Source: Malacoraja senta (Eukaryota). From it: a stretch of DNA of 64,000 nt. The notes under the pieces were generated by a model. The model saw only the letters and a program-made list of their open reading frames with translations, did not search any database and had not been told where the DNA came from. The stretch is taken from assembly GCA_038087875.1 (NCBI GenBank), contig CM075979.1:8370001-8434000 (forward strand), given 5' to 3'. Shown one piece after another: positions 26,579 through 38,289 of this stretch; position 1 is the stretch's first letter, and each line of letters opens with the position of its first letter. The position numbers and the translations under genes were made by a program.

Positions 26579-26611
26579 ATAAAGGCAAAGAACTATGACA
26601 AAGTTGAAAAG
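26579..26611 (+). CDS. CSTF3: CSTF3 (CstF-77) exon 4, IKAKNYDKVEK
   Basis: tacag|ATA...AAG|gtaaac; 33 nt; peptide matches vertebrate CstF-77 HAT region. Confidence 0.95.
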
Positions 26612-28163
26612 GTAAACTAAACAATTTCAGTTTTAATCCCTGTTACCACGCTACAGGGGAATAAGCCATACCTAAATAATGGTTAGTTAGTTGGTCTGTC
26701 AGTGAAAGATTACACGTTAGTTTAATAATTTAGTTTTTATGCCTTGACAAACACCATATCTTGTAGCATTTATTTGTTTTTAACCATATGAATTAAATCC
26801 CTTTATGCTTATGTAGATTAATAACTGGCTTCTATGATCAAGTGTACAGTTGTAACACAGTAGCCTTCCTCTACATAATCAGCACAAGACTAAACTGACT
26901 ACATTAATAGGCATATAACCATTAATGTAAGATGAATGTTCTTAGAGCAATTTGTCCAGATCTCTATAAATCATTCCATGTTACATGACTTTATCTCTGT
27001 CTCTTGACAATTCAATGACTTTCTGAAGTTTGGCTGAGGTAAAGAAAAAAAACAGATATTCACTCTCATTTAAAAAAAAGGGGAATTGGTATTGTGATGG
27101 TAGTTTCGTGGAACATCAGGTCATATGTTCTTCATTTACAGAAACGGGTTGCAAATTAGCCATGAAAGATTTTTTTATTTTTAGCATCAGATCTCAGCCC
27201 AAATAACCCAGTAGAAGGTAAAAGGTAGTGACATGAGACTGCAGATAGTGGAATCTGGAGCAAAAACAAATTGCTAGAGGAGCTCAGCAGGTCAAACAGC
27301 ATCTGTGAAGGCAAAGGGAAGGTCAATGTTTTGAATCAAGACACTGCAACAGGATAGTCTTGATGCAGGGTCTCGATCTGAAATATCAACCATCCCATTG
27401 ACTCCACAGATGTTGCTTGATCTTCTGAGTTCCTCCAGCAGTTAGTTTTTGCTAAAGTAGCAAGGTTGGCACCCAGTGATGAGGTAAGGTACAGGTAGCA
27501 TGCTAAAAGCTGTGGTTTTATATTTTAAGATTACTGCGAATCAAGGTTTGATATTTTAAGATTACTGCGAATCAAGCAGTTTTCCTTTGAAAATAAAGGG
27601 TGACCTAATAAAGCATCAAAGGTTATGGAAGATTATGATGCATTAGATTCCAAGTATGTTTCCGATGTTTCTATTACAAAGCAATATGTATGTAAGTCGG
27701 TCACCAAGAAATTGCAGAGAGTAGCTAGGAAAGATAGAGAGACCATGGAACTTGCAACCACAAGGAACGGTTGAGAACAGCTTTAAAGTGATAGCACATG
27801 ATGATGCAGGGACTAAGAGATTAAAATTATAGTTAAATGAGAAGGATGTAAGAAGTTTGATTGTACTATAAGCATTGGAAAGAACTGGCTGGGCCAAATG
27901 CCCTGTTTATGAGTTTTATATTTTATGAATCAAGTGCACAGACCTCTGCTTATTTTCCAATCTGTTCTCCAGTAGAGTCGGACTTTTAGCCAAGAGTGTA
28001 GCCTTGCAAAATCCATGCTATAAATAGTGTTGTGATGCAAAGAGACCTGGCAACATTGCCTTTTGTCCATGGAATAATTTATGGAGGATCTAAAGAATAG
28101 GAAGAAATATGTCTTTAAAATGTTCATTATTCAGAAATTACTTTTCTTTTGCTCTTTTCTCAG

Positions 28164-28261
28164 TTATTTCAGAGATGTCTAATGAAGGTTTTGCACATTG
28201 ATCTATGGAAATGTTATTTGGCCTATGTACGGGAGACTAAAGGCAAACTTCCTAGTTACAA
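28164..28261 (+). CDS. CSTF3: CSTF3 exon 5, [32 protein letters not shown](K)
   Basis: ttctcag|TTA...AA|gtaaga; phase consistent with flanking exons. Confidence 0.96.
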
Positions 28262-28386
28262 GTAAGAAGTGAAATATTCTAAAAAATTAATGAACTGGTG
28301 CAACTTTGGTTTAATTTTAATATTTTATCAATTTTATTTCAGATGTTAAATAATGTTCTGTAACAGCTTTATCAATTCTATTGCAG

Positions 28387-28453
28387 AGAAAAGATGGCTC
28401 AAGCATATGATTTTGCCTTGGATAAAATTGGCATGGAGATTATGTCTTACCAA
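28387..28453 (+). CDS. CSTF3: CSTF3 exon 6, [22 protein letters not shown]
   Basis: ttgcag|A...CAA|gtaatt. Confidence 0.96.
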
Positions 28454-28549
28454 GTAATTATTTTTACTTCTGTAACTTTATAAAAAAATTGTTTTAAATT
28501 ATTGCGAACTAGAAATGCAACCATTTTAATTATCAAAAATCTTTTGCAG

Positions 28550-28584
28550 ATATGGGTTGATTACATTAACTTTTTGAAAGGAGT
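28550..28584 (+). CDS. CSTF3: CSTF3 exon 7, IWVDYINFLKG(V)
   Basis: ttgcag|ATA...GT|gtaagt. Confidence 0.95.
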
Positions 28585-28695
28585 GTAAGTAACAAATATT
28601 ATTCTTCATTTATTCTGATTTTTATTTTATATATTTAGAGAGAAAGATCTAAAACTTGTGCTCACTCTAACATGCTTCCACATGACCTCTCACAG

Positions 28696-28822
28696 GGAAG
28701 CTGTGGGATCCTATGCAGAGAACCAAAGGATAACAGCAGTTCGTCGGGTGTATCAGCGAGGCTGTGTCAATCCTATGATAAATATTGAGCAGTTATGGCG
28801 AGATTATAACAAATATGAAGAG
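28696..28822 (+). CDS. CSTF3: CSTF3 exon 8, [42 protein letters not shown]
   Basis: cacag|G...GAG|gtaaaa; within ORF 28658..28882. Confidence 0.97.
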
Positions 28823-29309
28823 GTAAAATTTTTAGTCACAGATAATATTCTGAAGAGAATGAAGGATACGGTTCACTGCTAATTATAACTTTTTTCTTAC
28901 TTGGGCAAGAGCATTTTTTGTTTCCTCCAATCAAGTCATGCTGGCCATTTCAAAGAGCAAACCTGTTTATCTCAGGCTCTTGCTCTGCCCTCATTTTTAT
29001 GTATTATTTTTCCTTTTTATGAGTGATGTTTCTAAAGAAGAATTAATATAAATAAACAAAATGTATCCATCATTTAAAAAAGTCCACCTAGAATATATTG
29101 ATTCTTTGTTAAGATTGTTAAAGGGAGTAAGACGTTTTTCAAGTTTTTTGTTCATTTTCCCAATTGTAGATTTGATTTTAACATAATGCAGTCAGTTAAA
29201 ATGCTCACAAATGCCTTAAATGATTTACTTATATTTGTTCAACTACCCTTGAGATGCCATTATAATGGGGAATGATTCTGGATTGTCTGAATGTACGACC
29301 TTTTCCATT

Positions 29310-29815
29310 TGAACATAGAACATTTAACAGCACAGGAACAGGCTCTTTGGCCCACAATGACTGCTCCAAACATGATACCCAGTTAAACTAATCTCCTCTG
29401 CCTGCACATGTTTCATATCCCTCTGTTGCCTGCCTATCTAAAAACCTCTTCAGCACCACTATTGTATCGGCCTTCGCCAATTTCCCTGGTAGCATGTTCC
29501 AGGCACCCACCATTTGGCCTCCAAAAATACGTTAAACTTTCCCCCTTTCACCTTAAAGCTATGTCCTCTAGTCTTTGACATTTCCACCCTGGAGGAAAAG
29601 CGATTCTGACTGTCTATTCTATGCCTCTCATAATCTTATATACTTCTATCAAGTCTTTCCTCAACCTCCGATGTTCCAGAGAAAACAATTAAACTAATAC
29701 CTCTAATCCAGGTAACTTTCTGGTAAACCTCCTCTTCACCGTCTCCAAAGTCTCCACATCCTTCCCGTAACAGGGAGACCAGAACTGCGCACAATACTCC
29801 AAATGCGGCCTGACC
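29310..29815 (-). mobile_element. CR1 LINE 3' fragment
   Basis: reverse-complement CR1 3' coding end and tail. Confidence 0.65.
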
Positions 29816-30251
29816 GCAAAGTTGAAATGCTGTACCAATTATATTTAGTAAAGATAAAAAATGTCCAGCTCCTATCTATCCACCTCCAGTGGTAATTTAG
29901 CGCTACGTAAATGTTTGCAGGATTCCCAAAATTATTTGCACTGTTTTAAATGGAAGAGATTGACATAAAGAAAATAGCTCATGTTAATATTTAGTACAAT
30001 AAAATATATTGCATTACATCATATTAGAAACATTATATTAAAGGAAATTGTTTTAATAATGGAGTCATTGTATTACATAAGCTTGCAGCCTCCGTAATAA
30101 TGATTTGTTGCAACAGTGATAACAGGAGGCTGCAGAACGCGGCAGTTAGCTTGGAAATTTGGTCGGGTAAAAGTCCAGTGTGATATTGAAGTATAATTTT
30201 AGATATGGTGTGAATGATGAAAATAAAGAGTTTTTCTTCCTTCCTCCACAG

Positions 30252-30329
30252 GGCATTAACGTCCACCTTGCCAAGAAAATGATTGAAGATCGGAGTAGGG
30301 ATTACATGAATGCTCGAAGAGTGGCAAAG
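30252..30329 (+). CDS. CSTF3: CSTF3 exon 9, [26 protein letters not shown]
   Basis: ccacag|GGC...AAG|gtaagt. Confidence 0.97.
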
Positions 30330-30399
30330 GTAAGTATCCTCATCCTACTTTGTGCAAATGCAGTCGACTTTAAAATGCAAGGGTCTGGCTTTTATCTGT

Positions 30400-30694
30400 G
30401 GTGACACGATGGCGCAGTGGTAGAGTTGCTGCCTTACTGCGCTAGAGACCCGGGTTTGATCCTGACTACGGGTGCTTGTCTGTACGGAGTTTGTACATTC
30501 TCCCCATGACTTGTGTGGGTATTTTCTGGGATCTCCGATTTCCTCCCACACTCCAAAGACGTACAGGTTTGTAGGTTAATTGGCTTGGGTATAATTGTCC
30601 TCAGTAAGATAGTGTTAATGTGGGGGGATCACTGGTCAGCGCGGACTCGGTGGGCCGAAGGGCCTGTTTCCACGCTGTATCTCTAAAATAAAAT
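30400..30694 (+). mobile_element. HE1-type SINE, full length, filling most of the 411-nt CSTF3 intron 9
   Basis: A box tggcgcagtgg, B box ggtttgatcc, V-domain, LINE-derived tail gggccgaagggcctgtttcc. Confidence 0.9.
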
Positions 30695-30740
30695 CAACTC
30701 TGAATCAGAGCAATGGACCACTTACTTGCCTTGCCTGCAG

Positions 30741-30903
30741 GAATATGAGACGGTCATGAAAGGTCTGGACCGGAATGCACCATCAGTCCCACCACAGAAC
30801 AGCCCTCAGGAAGCACAGCAGGTGGAGATGTGGAAGAAGTATATCCAGTGGGAAAAAAGTAACCCACTTCGCACAGAAGACCAAACACTAATCACTAAAC
30901 GAG
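30741..30903 (+). CDS. CSTF3: CSTF3 exon 10, [19 protein letters not shown]...EDQTLITKR
   Basis: ctgcag|GAA...G|gtgagg. Confidence 0.97.
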
Positions 30904-31472
30904 GTGAGGCTAATTAACAGCCAGTGCTGAAGTGTTCATAGAAGAATAATTTTGTGTTGTGCAGAAGAATTCCAAAAAGAGATTAACTGCTTGTTCAGGT
31001 AATTACCATCAGAAGGATTTTGCTGTACATAAAACAGCGAATTATCACTACACTTAACATTGTAATTCCTTCTCTAAACCTTTCTTGCTCTATCTTCCTT
31101 TAAGTTGCTTCTTAAAACCCACCTGAGCTTTTGATTATCTGTCCAAATATGGATTTAATTTGGTTCAGGGTCGTAATGCTTCCTTGAAATATCTTGGGAT
31201 GTTTTATTGCACTAAATAGCTTACGTAAGTTATTGTTATGTTTTGAGAGCATTCAATTGTATATAAAGTAGTGTGGAATTTCTTAGAAAGAATTAACAAG
31301 GAGCTATATAAACTGGATATTCTTTGAATTTAGAGTTGGCAAGAGTTCTTTTCTTTAAAAATAATTTCTGGAAGTAACAGACATTTGTAAATGCTTGCAA
31401 GTTAGCTAATGTCTCTTTGTGAAATGTAATCACATTATTGGAGTCTAAGCAAGTGTACATGTCTTCTTGTAG

Positions 31473-31582
31473 TTATGTTTGCCTACGAGCAATGTCTTCT
31501 GGTCTTGGGGCATCATCCTGACATCTGGTATGAAGCTGGCCAGTACTTGGAGCAATCCAGCAAGCTGCTAGCAGAAAAGGGG
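31473..31582 (+). CDS. CSTF3: CSTF3 exon 11, [36 protein letters not shown]
   Basis: ttgtag|TT...GGG|gtaaga. Confidence 0.97.
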
Positions 31583-31779
31583 GTAAGAAATTCACGACAT
31601 CTTATACGTATGATTAAAGCAATTTTTATAAAGAGATACAACACATTTTGTATAATGTTACAAAGCATACCAACCATAATTACTAGTTGAATTACTAGTT
31701 CTATTTTAATGGGTTTCACTCCGAGAATCCCTATAGAAATAATTATAAATTGCTTTATATTGCAATTATAAACTGGTTA

Positions 31780-32476
31780 TGGGCCTGTCCCACTTAGGCG
31801 ACTGCAGGAGATTCTGCGGTCGCCACATGTTCACAGGTGGTTACTGGGGAGTCGCCTTCGTGGTCGTGAGTAGTTCCCACATTCTAGGAACTAATCACGG
31901 CCTCATTATGGTCGCCGCGAATTTTTCAACATGTTGAAAAATTAACGGCGACTAGAATGAAGCCGCCATGGACAGTAGTGAGAATTCTCGTGCCGTAGGT
32001 GGGTCGCCAGGAGGTCAAAGGTTCTCGTAGGTTGTAGTCGGTGCTGACCGGTGAATTTCATTGGCTCGTTGGGAAAAAAAACGTAAGCAGTAGTTTTCAG
32101 AACCAAGGATAACCGACTGGTAATGTTAATGTCTGCCGAGCTTCACAGCCGTGTATCTCTGGCTTCTTAAAAGTTGTCTCGACTCCTTCTCCCACCTTCC
32201 CCCCCCCCTCCCCCCCTCTTTTAAAGGACTTACCATACACTGTGCTTTAGCCGTCTTAATTGTATCGCCAACCTTCCTGTTCATCGTGGTGTGTGTCTGT
32301 ATCACCTTGGCTTTGCACCATGTGAATTTCACTCAGACAGCGCTCCCCCCGCTTGCCCTGCACAACGGACTGGTGAAGGAAGCGATGTGTGTGTGTGTGT
32401 TCCAGTTGCCGTTTTTTTAGGCGCCTGCCAGCAACTTGACAGTCGCCTGAAAAATCGCCTAAGTGGGACAGGCCCA
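31780..32476. mobile_element. Non-autonomous PIF/Harbinger DNA transposon (MITE), 697 bp
   Basis: perfect 22-bp TIR TGGGCCTGTCCCACTTAGGCGA; TTA TSD on both sides. Confidence 0.9.
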
Positions 32477-33376
32477 TTAAGATATCTCCTGGGGCCATCA
32501 GTTATTAAGCTCCAGGCCCTTTAACATGGTAATAAAAGAATATTTAACATTCACTGTGCTGCACATGTTGGGAGGCAAATGTGTAGATCGCTTACTGCAC
32601 CCAGCGCTGGTGATTTGTGACCAATGATAGAGAATCTCCTCAGCAGCTAGTGTTCAAGTTAGTTTGTGCTTAGTACCTTAGTTTCAAAGTCATTCCCTTA
32701 ATTCTGCCTTATTCTATAACTGGCCTCTAAACCTCTTCCTTGCCTGTTTCTTTCTGACCCTCCTTTTCCTCCCTTCCCACTGATTTTCATTTCCAGCTCT
32801 ATCTTCTCCAATGCTTTTGGACCAGTACAGTAATACCTGCTTCCATGTTGTTGCTGCCATACAATGGCCTGTATAACTGGGTTTGTTTCCGTTGATTTCC
32901 CCCTTTCTCTGCAGCCTCCTCCAACTCTTCCCATTTTTTCTCCTTGCCTATCCACCTATCCCTTGTCTCACCGTTGTCGTGCTTTCATCTGCCTAGTTCT
33001 TGAACTCTGGAATGTCCGCTGTCACTTTTCTGCTATAGACTTGTTAAAGCCTTCTTGCCATGTGTTTTAGGATCTCCTTATGTGGACTGGCGTCTAATTT
33101 TATTTAGATACCGTATGTTGCTGGGAAGCAGCTTCAGAGATTTAACTACACAAAGGCTCTATATAATTACGTCATTTTGTTATTAAGGTAAACTTATGTG
33201 GCGTAGTGATTTATGATGTGCCATGAACAGAGTTTATTTTTTTCGCAATGCCAACAAAAATCCCACAATGGCATTTCCCTGGTGAGTTCTTGGTATTTGT
33301 TCTTGCCTCTTACATAGCTGTTAAAAAAGTTCCTATTGTGTCAGTGCAGATTGCTTTGAAGAATAAACAGACACAA

Positions 33377-33418
33377 AATGTGTCTGAAGAAGGGTCTCGA
33401 CCCGAAACGTCACCCATT
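33377..33418 (+). ncRNA. Minimal PLE-type hammerhead ribozyme motif in CSTF3 intron 11 (host repeat 33368-33513)
   Basis: AAUGuGU-CUGAAGA-A-GGGU(CUCG)ACCC-GAAA-CGUC-ACcCAUU; predicted cleavage after C33411. Confidence 0.65.
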
Positions 33419-33557
33419 CCTTCTATCCAGAGATGCTGCCTGTCCCGCAGAGTTACTCCAGAATTTTGTGTCTATCTTCGGTGTAAACCAGCATCTGCAG
33501 TTCCTTCCTACACATTAATTTAAAGAATGTTTTATTCAAAAATGTTACTTTTGGCAG

Positions 33558-33674
33558 GACATGAACAATGCAAAACTGTTTAGTGATGAAGCTGCAAATA
33601 TCTACGAGAGGGCCATCAGCACTTTGCTAAAGAAGAACATGCTGCTTTACTTTGCATACGCGGATTATGAAGAA
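33558..33674 (+). CDS. CSTF3: CSTF3 exon 12, [39 protein letters not shown]
   Basis: tggcag|GAC...GAA|gtaagt. Confidence 0.97.
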
Positions 33675-33807
33675 GTAAGTAGAGATGGTGTTGTCCTCTG
33701 TTGCATAAAATGTACCCGGTCATAATCTTGGCATACTGCTCCCTGTTGTTCTGTACTCCAGTTAATGTCACCCTTCAACTTTTTTTTTATTTTTTATTTT
33801 TTTAAAG

Positions 33808-33882
33808 AGTCGGATGAAATACGAAAAGGTACACAGCATATACAACAGGCTGTTGGCTATCGAAGATATTGATCCAACACTG
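33808..33882 (+). CDS. CSTF3: CSTF3 exon 13, [25 protein letters not shown]
   Basis: long T tract, tttaaag|AGT...CTG|gtgagt. Confidence 0.96.
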
Positions 33883-34569
33883 GTGAGTGTGGCTTTGGTT
33901 TGCATCTTAGGTGTGCTTTGTGTTTGTATTTTAATCCATCACTAGTCATATCTCACTGATTCACAAATAGTGGTTTAAGGAAATGGCAAAGGAAAAGGAA
34001 ATCCAGCATAGACCTTTTCCAGGAGGGGAAAATAGGAATATAAAAATAAAATAGAAGCAGGAGTAAGTCTTTTCCTTAAGCCTATTATGCCATTCATTTG
34101 GACTATGACTGATCTATAATTTATCTCCCCTGACCCAGCATGGTTCCATGTCCACTAATATCTTTACTAAAGTCTCTAGGAGTTCAATTAAACACTGCAC
34201 CAGTTTATATTTTTGTCTATTGAAATAAGCAAATGCTGATGTTGGAAATCCTTGACTCAAAAATAGAAAATGCGAGCAGCCCTTACCAGCTCAACTATCA
34301 TCAATGGGAAGTGTCGATGTTTTGGGTCAAGGACAGACTGGAAAAGTTCAGAAAACAAACATATCTTTTAGTTGCAGAGAGGGCGGGGATGGAATTAACA
34401 GTGGAAATATCTGTGATAGGATGCAAACAAAAGTTGTCAAGTTAACACTTCCTCCAAAAACTGGCAGATAAAGAAAAAAGAAACAGACTGAAACATTGAC
34501 ACTGTAGATTATTGTATTTGTTCTCTTGTACACGCACAGACTGAGTGACTGCTTTGAAGATGATCTTTG

Positions 34570-34772
34570 TTTGGTCCACAAGAGTGACTCTGAGCTTCCA
34601 GTTGCTTGTCACTTTAATTCTCCAACCCAATCACACTCTGACGTCTCTGTCTTTATCCTTCAACATTGCTCCAGTAATGCCCAGAGGAAGCTTGAGGAAT
34701 AGCATCCTCACCTTCTCTTTGTGCACATTGAAGCCCTTGAGATTTAATATTCAATTTAACAATGTCAGATGA
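34570..34772 (+). mobile_element. Decayed Penelope-like GIY-YIG endonuclease C-terminal remnant
   Basis: PVACHFNSPTQSHSDVSV...LEE*H...LCTLKPLRFNIQFNNVR* across frameshifts. Confidence 0.65.
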
Positions 34773-35059
34773 CTACTTCATCTCATCCTACCACAGATGT
34801 GAAACATTTCTGTTTCTCTATACTTTTTTTTTCCTTTCTGTTTCCAACTGGTAGATTTGAAAGTAATTGTTAACTTGACGACTTGGGTCTGCATCCAATC
34901 GTAAACATTCCCTCTGTTCTCTCCTGGCAGAAATTTGTTCAAATGACAAGGAGTTGGAGTGGGCATGGAGCTCCCATTGCCCAGACCTGGCCTTGTAATG
35001 TTAACCTGAGAAGTTTGTGCTCTCCCATCATAAATTTATTTCTTATGTTTGAATTCAAG

Positions 35060-35203
35060 GTTTACATCCAGTATATGAAATTTGCACGGAGAGCAGAGGG
35101 CATCAAATCTGGTCGATCCATCTTTAAGAAAGCAAGGGAAGATCCCAGGACACGGCATCATGTCTATGTATCTGCTGCCCTCATGGAGTACTACTGCAGT
35201 AAG
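35060..35203 (+). CDS. CSTF3: CSTF3 exon 14, [48 protein letters not shown]
   Basis: ttcaag|GTT...AAG|gtgcgt. Confidence 0.96.
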
Positions 35204-35609
35204 GTGCGTGCTCCTCATTTATGATATTAAACATTATGAGAGGCAGAGATGGGTTAGACAGTCAGAACTCTTTTCCCAGCGTGGGAATGTCAAAGACTAG
35301 AAGACATAACTTTAAGATGAGTCTTTAAAGGAGACGTGAGGGGCAAGTAGTCTACACAGAGGATGGTGGGTGCCTGGAACCCTCTGCCGGGAGTGGTGGT
35401 GGAATGCAATAGTGGCATTTCAAAGATATTTAGATAGGCACCTGGATATGGAGGGATTATGGATGACATTCAGGCAGAGGAAATTAGTTTAACTTGGCGT
35501 CATGTACGGCACGGACAATGTGGGCTGAAGGGCCTGTTCATGACTGTTCTACATTCTGATTAGAGGATAAACCAGGCAGTAAGTAACTGCTTCCAACATT
35601 CCTTTTCAG

Positions 35610-35712
35610 GACAAGGCAGTAGCCTTCAAGATATTTGAGCTGGGTTTGAAGAAGTATGGAGATATTCCAGAATATATATTGGCATACATTGACTACCTTT
35701 CTCACTTAAATG
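35610..35712 (+). CDS. CSTF3: CSTF3 exon 15, [34 protein letters not shown]
   Basis: tttcag|GAC...G|gtaaga. Confidence 0.97.
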
Positions 35713-36129
35713 GTAAGAGGTATATTCTTAACTGTATTTTTTACTGAGAAATCCAGTTTTCTTCAGACCAAAGAAGAGCTGGGTGTTGCCAAATATACTT
35801 GTTTTAATAATTGTCCTGGAATAAGGTGGCTAAGTTTAATTAAGCTGGGATCATAATGTCGCTGGTCTTATTGAGGTTGTTGACGGCAGATGCTTTCCAT
35901 GATTTGGGAGTAAACAAGGAAGGGAAGATCTAGGGCAGAATCTCAGCATCCTTTGCAGGTAACTGCGAGAGGATAGGGGAATAATTTACTGTCAGAGCTA
36001 TCTTAAAATGGACAAGTGGACCTGGGACCACGTAATGGTAGATCCTGACTGAGCAGAGATAGAGAATGGGGTAGAGATTGACCAGAGAGAACAGGTCCTG
36101 ATCTACTTGTTCCACCAAGGCACACACCC

Positions 36130-37265
36130 ACAGGCCCAGTCCCGTACATCTTGGTGAAAGAGGTCAGAGCTGCTTTCATGATGGTAAACTCTCAGCAAGG
36201 GTTGACCCGGATGGAGACCCTCGATGGGTTCTGAAATTGTGTGCCAATCAACTAACCACAGTCTTTCCCAGCATCTTCAACCTTTTACACTCCCCATCTA
36301 CTTCAAGGAAACCTCCATCATTCCAGTCCCCAAGAAAAGTAAAGTGACCTGTCTCAATGACTACTGCCCAGTAGCTGTAACGTTGACCATAATGTAGTGC
36401 TTTGAAAGACTGGTAATGGTCTACACCTGCGCCAATACACCTAGGACAACCTAGACCCCCTGCAAAATGCAGGAAGAATAGGTCTATGCAGGATGCCATC
36501 CCTCTTGCACTACATTCAGCTCTGGATCACCTTGACAGTAAGAACACCATTGTCAGGATGCTGTTCATTGATTACAGCTCAGCCTTCACACATAATACCG
36601 AATAAGATCATCGCTGAACATTTGGACCTAGGCCTTCCTGGACCTCCAACTGCAACTGGCATCTGGACTTCCTGATCAGCAGACCTGAGTCCGTTAGAAT
36701 TGGTCGTAACACTTCTCCCACCCTGACCTTCAACACCAGTGGTCCTCAGCGTTGTGTGCTCAGTCCCCTGCCTTATTCCATGTGCACCCATGACTGTGTG
36801 ACCTAGTACAACACCAACTCAATCTTTAAGTTCGCCAATGAGACCACTAATGTCAACTGGATCAACAAGAATGAGACAGGGTGCAAGAAAGAGATTGAGG
36901 ACATTGTTTCATGGTCTCAGGACAACAACCTAGCCCTTAACGTCAGCTAGATGGAAGAGTTGGTTGTTGACACAAGGTAACAAGTAGATTCCCTCTTCCT
37001 TTTTAATGAGCAACCCTCTCTTCATCAACGGAGCTGCTGTAGAGATGGTTGACAGCTTCAAGTTTCTCGGCATCCACATCACCAGCAGCTTAACCTGGTC
37101 CCTTCACACTGGTGCGGTCATCAAGAAAGCACATCAGTCTAGTTACTTCCTTAGGTGGCTGAGAAGATTTGGCATGTTCTCGAGGATTCTATCGAACTAC
37201 TACAAATGCGGTATAGAAAGTGTTCTGATGGGATGCGTCTCCGCCTGGTATGGTGACTCCTCTGC
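36130..37265 (+). mobile_element. Decayed Rex1/Babar-like LINE RT fragment
   Basis: [48 protein letters not shown] motifs. Confidence 0.8.
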
Positions 37266-37826
37266 TACCTGTGGTGTGTTGTCGTGTGCACCAAGGTGCA
37301 ATGAAATTCCTTGTTTGCATAAAGTTCCTGAAGTATACGTGATAAACTAAAGTGATCTCTACAATGTGAAGAACTCATACTCTCATACAAGGTTTAGACG
37401 AGTATGACAGTCACCTGAGATTACACGGAATGTCTCACTGACATTCTTGGACTTGAATGTCATTTGCAATGAAAACCCAGAGCTGAATGCGTCGTACTTT
37501 TGTGTGGAAATATTCTGGCAATTCTTCGCTGAGTTGGAATAGGATGACTGCGAACATTGTTGAAGCTGTGTCATCTTAACTAATGCGTTGATTTGTATGT
37601 TGCAAATGTTCACTTTCACTGGTCGCCGAGTGTGGGGAATAACAAATACATCCTCTGCATCATCAGAAATCCTGTTCTGGCTCTGACGTTCGTTTAATGA
37701 ATTCTAAACTGGGTTTGCAGACCAGCAAACCTCTGTAAAGTGCTTACATTTTTCAAATCCGACCTTTTCTTTCCTGAGCAACGCGTTCTACTTTGTGCAG
37801 GTAACCATCAACACAACATCAACAGT

Positions 37827-37854
37827 CTGAGGAGGGATCCTGACCCGAAACGTC
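37827..37854 (+). ncRNA. Minimal PLE-type hammerhead motif (host repeat 37824-37952)
   Basis: CUGAGGA-GGG(AUCCUGA)CCC-GAAA-CGUC. Confidence 0.5.
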
Positions 37855-38289
37855 ACCAGTCCATTACCTCCACAGATGCTGCCTGACCCTCTGAGTTACT
37901 CCAGCACTTTGTGTTTTTGCTCAAGATTCCAGCATCTGCATTTCCTTGCGTCTGCAACAGTGCTGTTTTGAGTCCTGTTTATCTTGGTATTTCTCTCCAC
38001 TGACAGTCTCATGCAACATGTTCTGCCCTAGAGTTTATTTTCCACTCGGATTCCATTTGCCACAGGACCTTGTGATCTTATTACATCCACTGGCAATGCT
38101 ATGAAAGAAGCTCTGATGTAGCTTACTAAAGAGCAGCTTGAACAGTTCAATTATTATTTTCAAGAGCTTTTCTTTGAAGTTGCTTTGATATCCATCCTTC
38201 TGTCATGTGGTTTCCAAGTTTCTGCTGGAGATCAGAATGATCCCATTTTGCAGCACATTGTGCCCGCTGTGTGCAATATTGATCAATTA

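Noticed and set aside
27450-27490. Strong donor GAG|GTAAGG after a foldback repeat in intron 4 (possible micro-exon)
   Set aside because: The acceptor is ambiguous and there is no other support.
27515-27576. 31-nt tandem duplication; other short duplications at 9594-9630, 22665-22710 and 61130-61155
   Set aside because: Ordinary slippage duplications with two copies only; not CRISPR-like.
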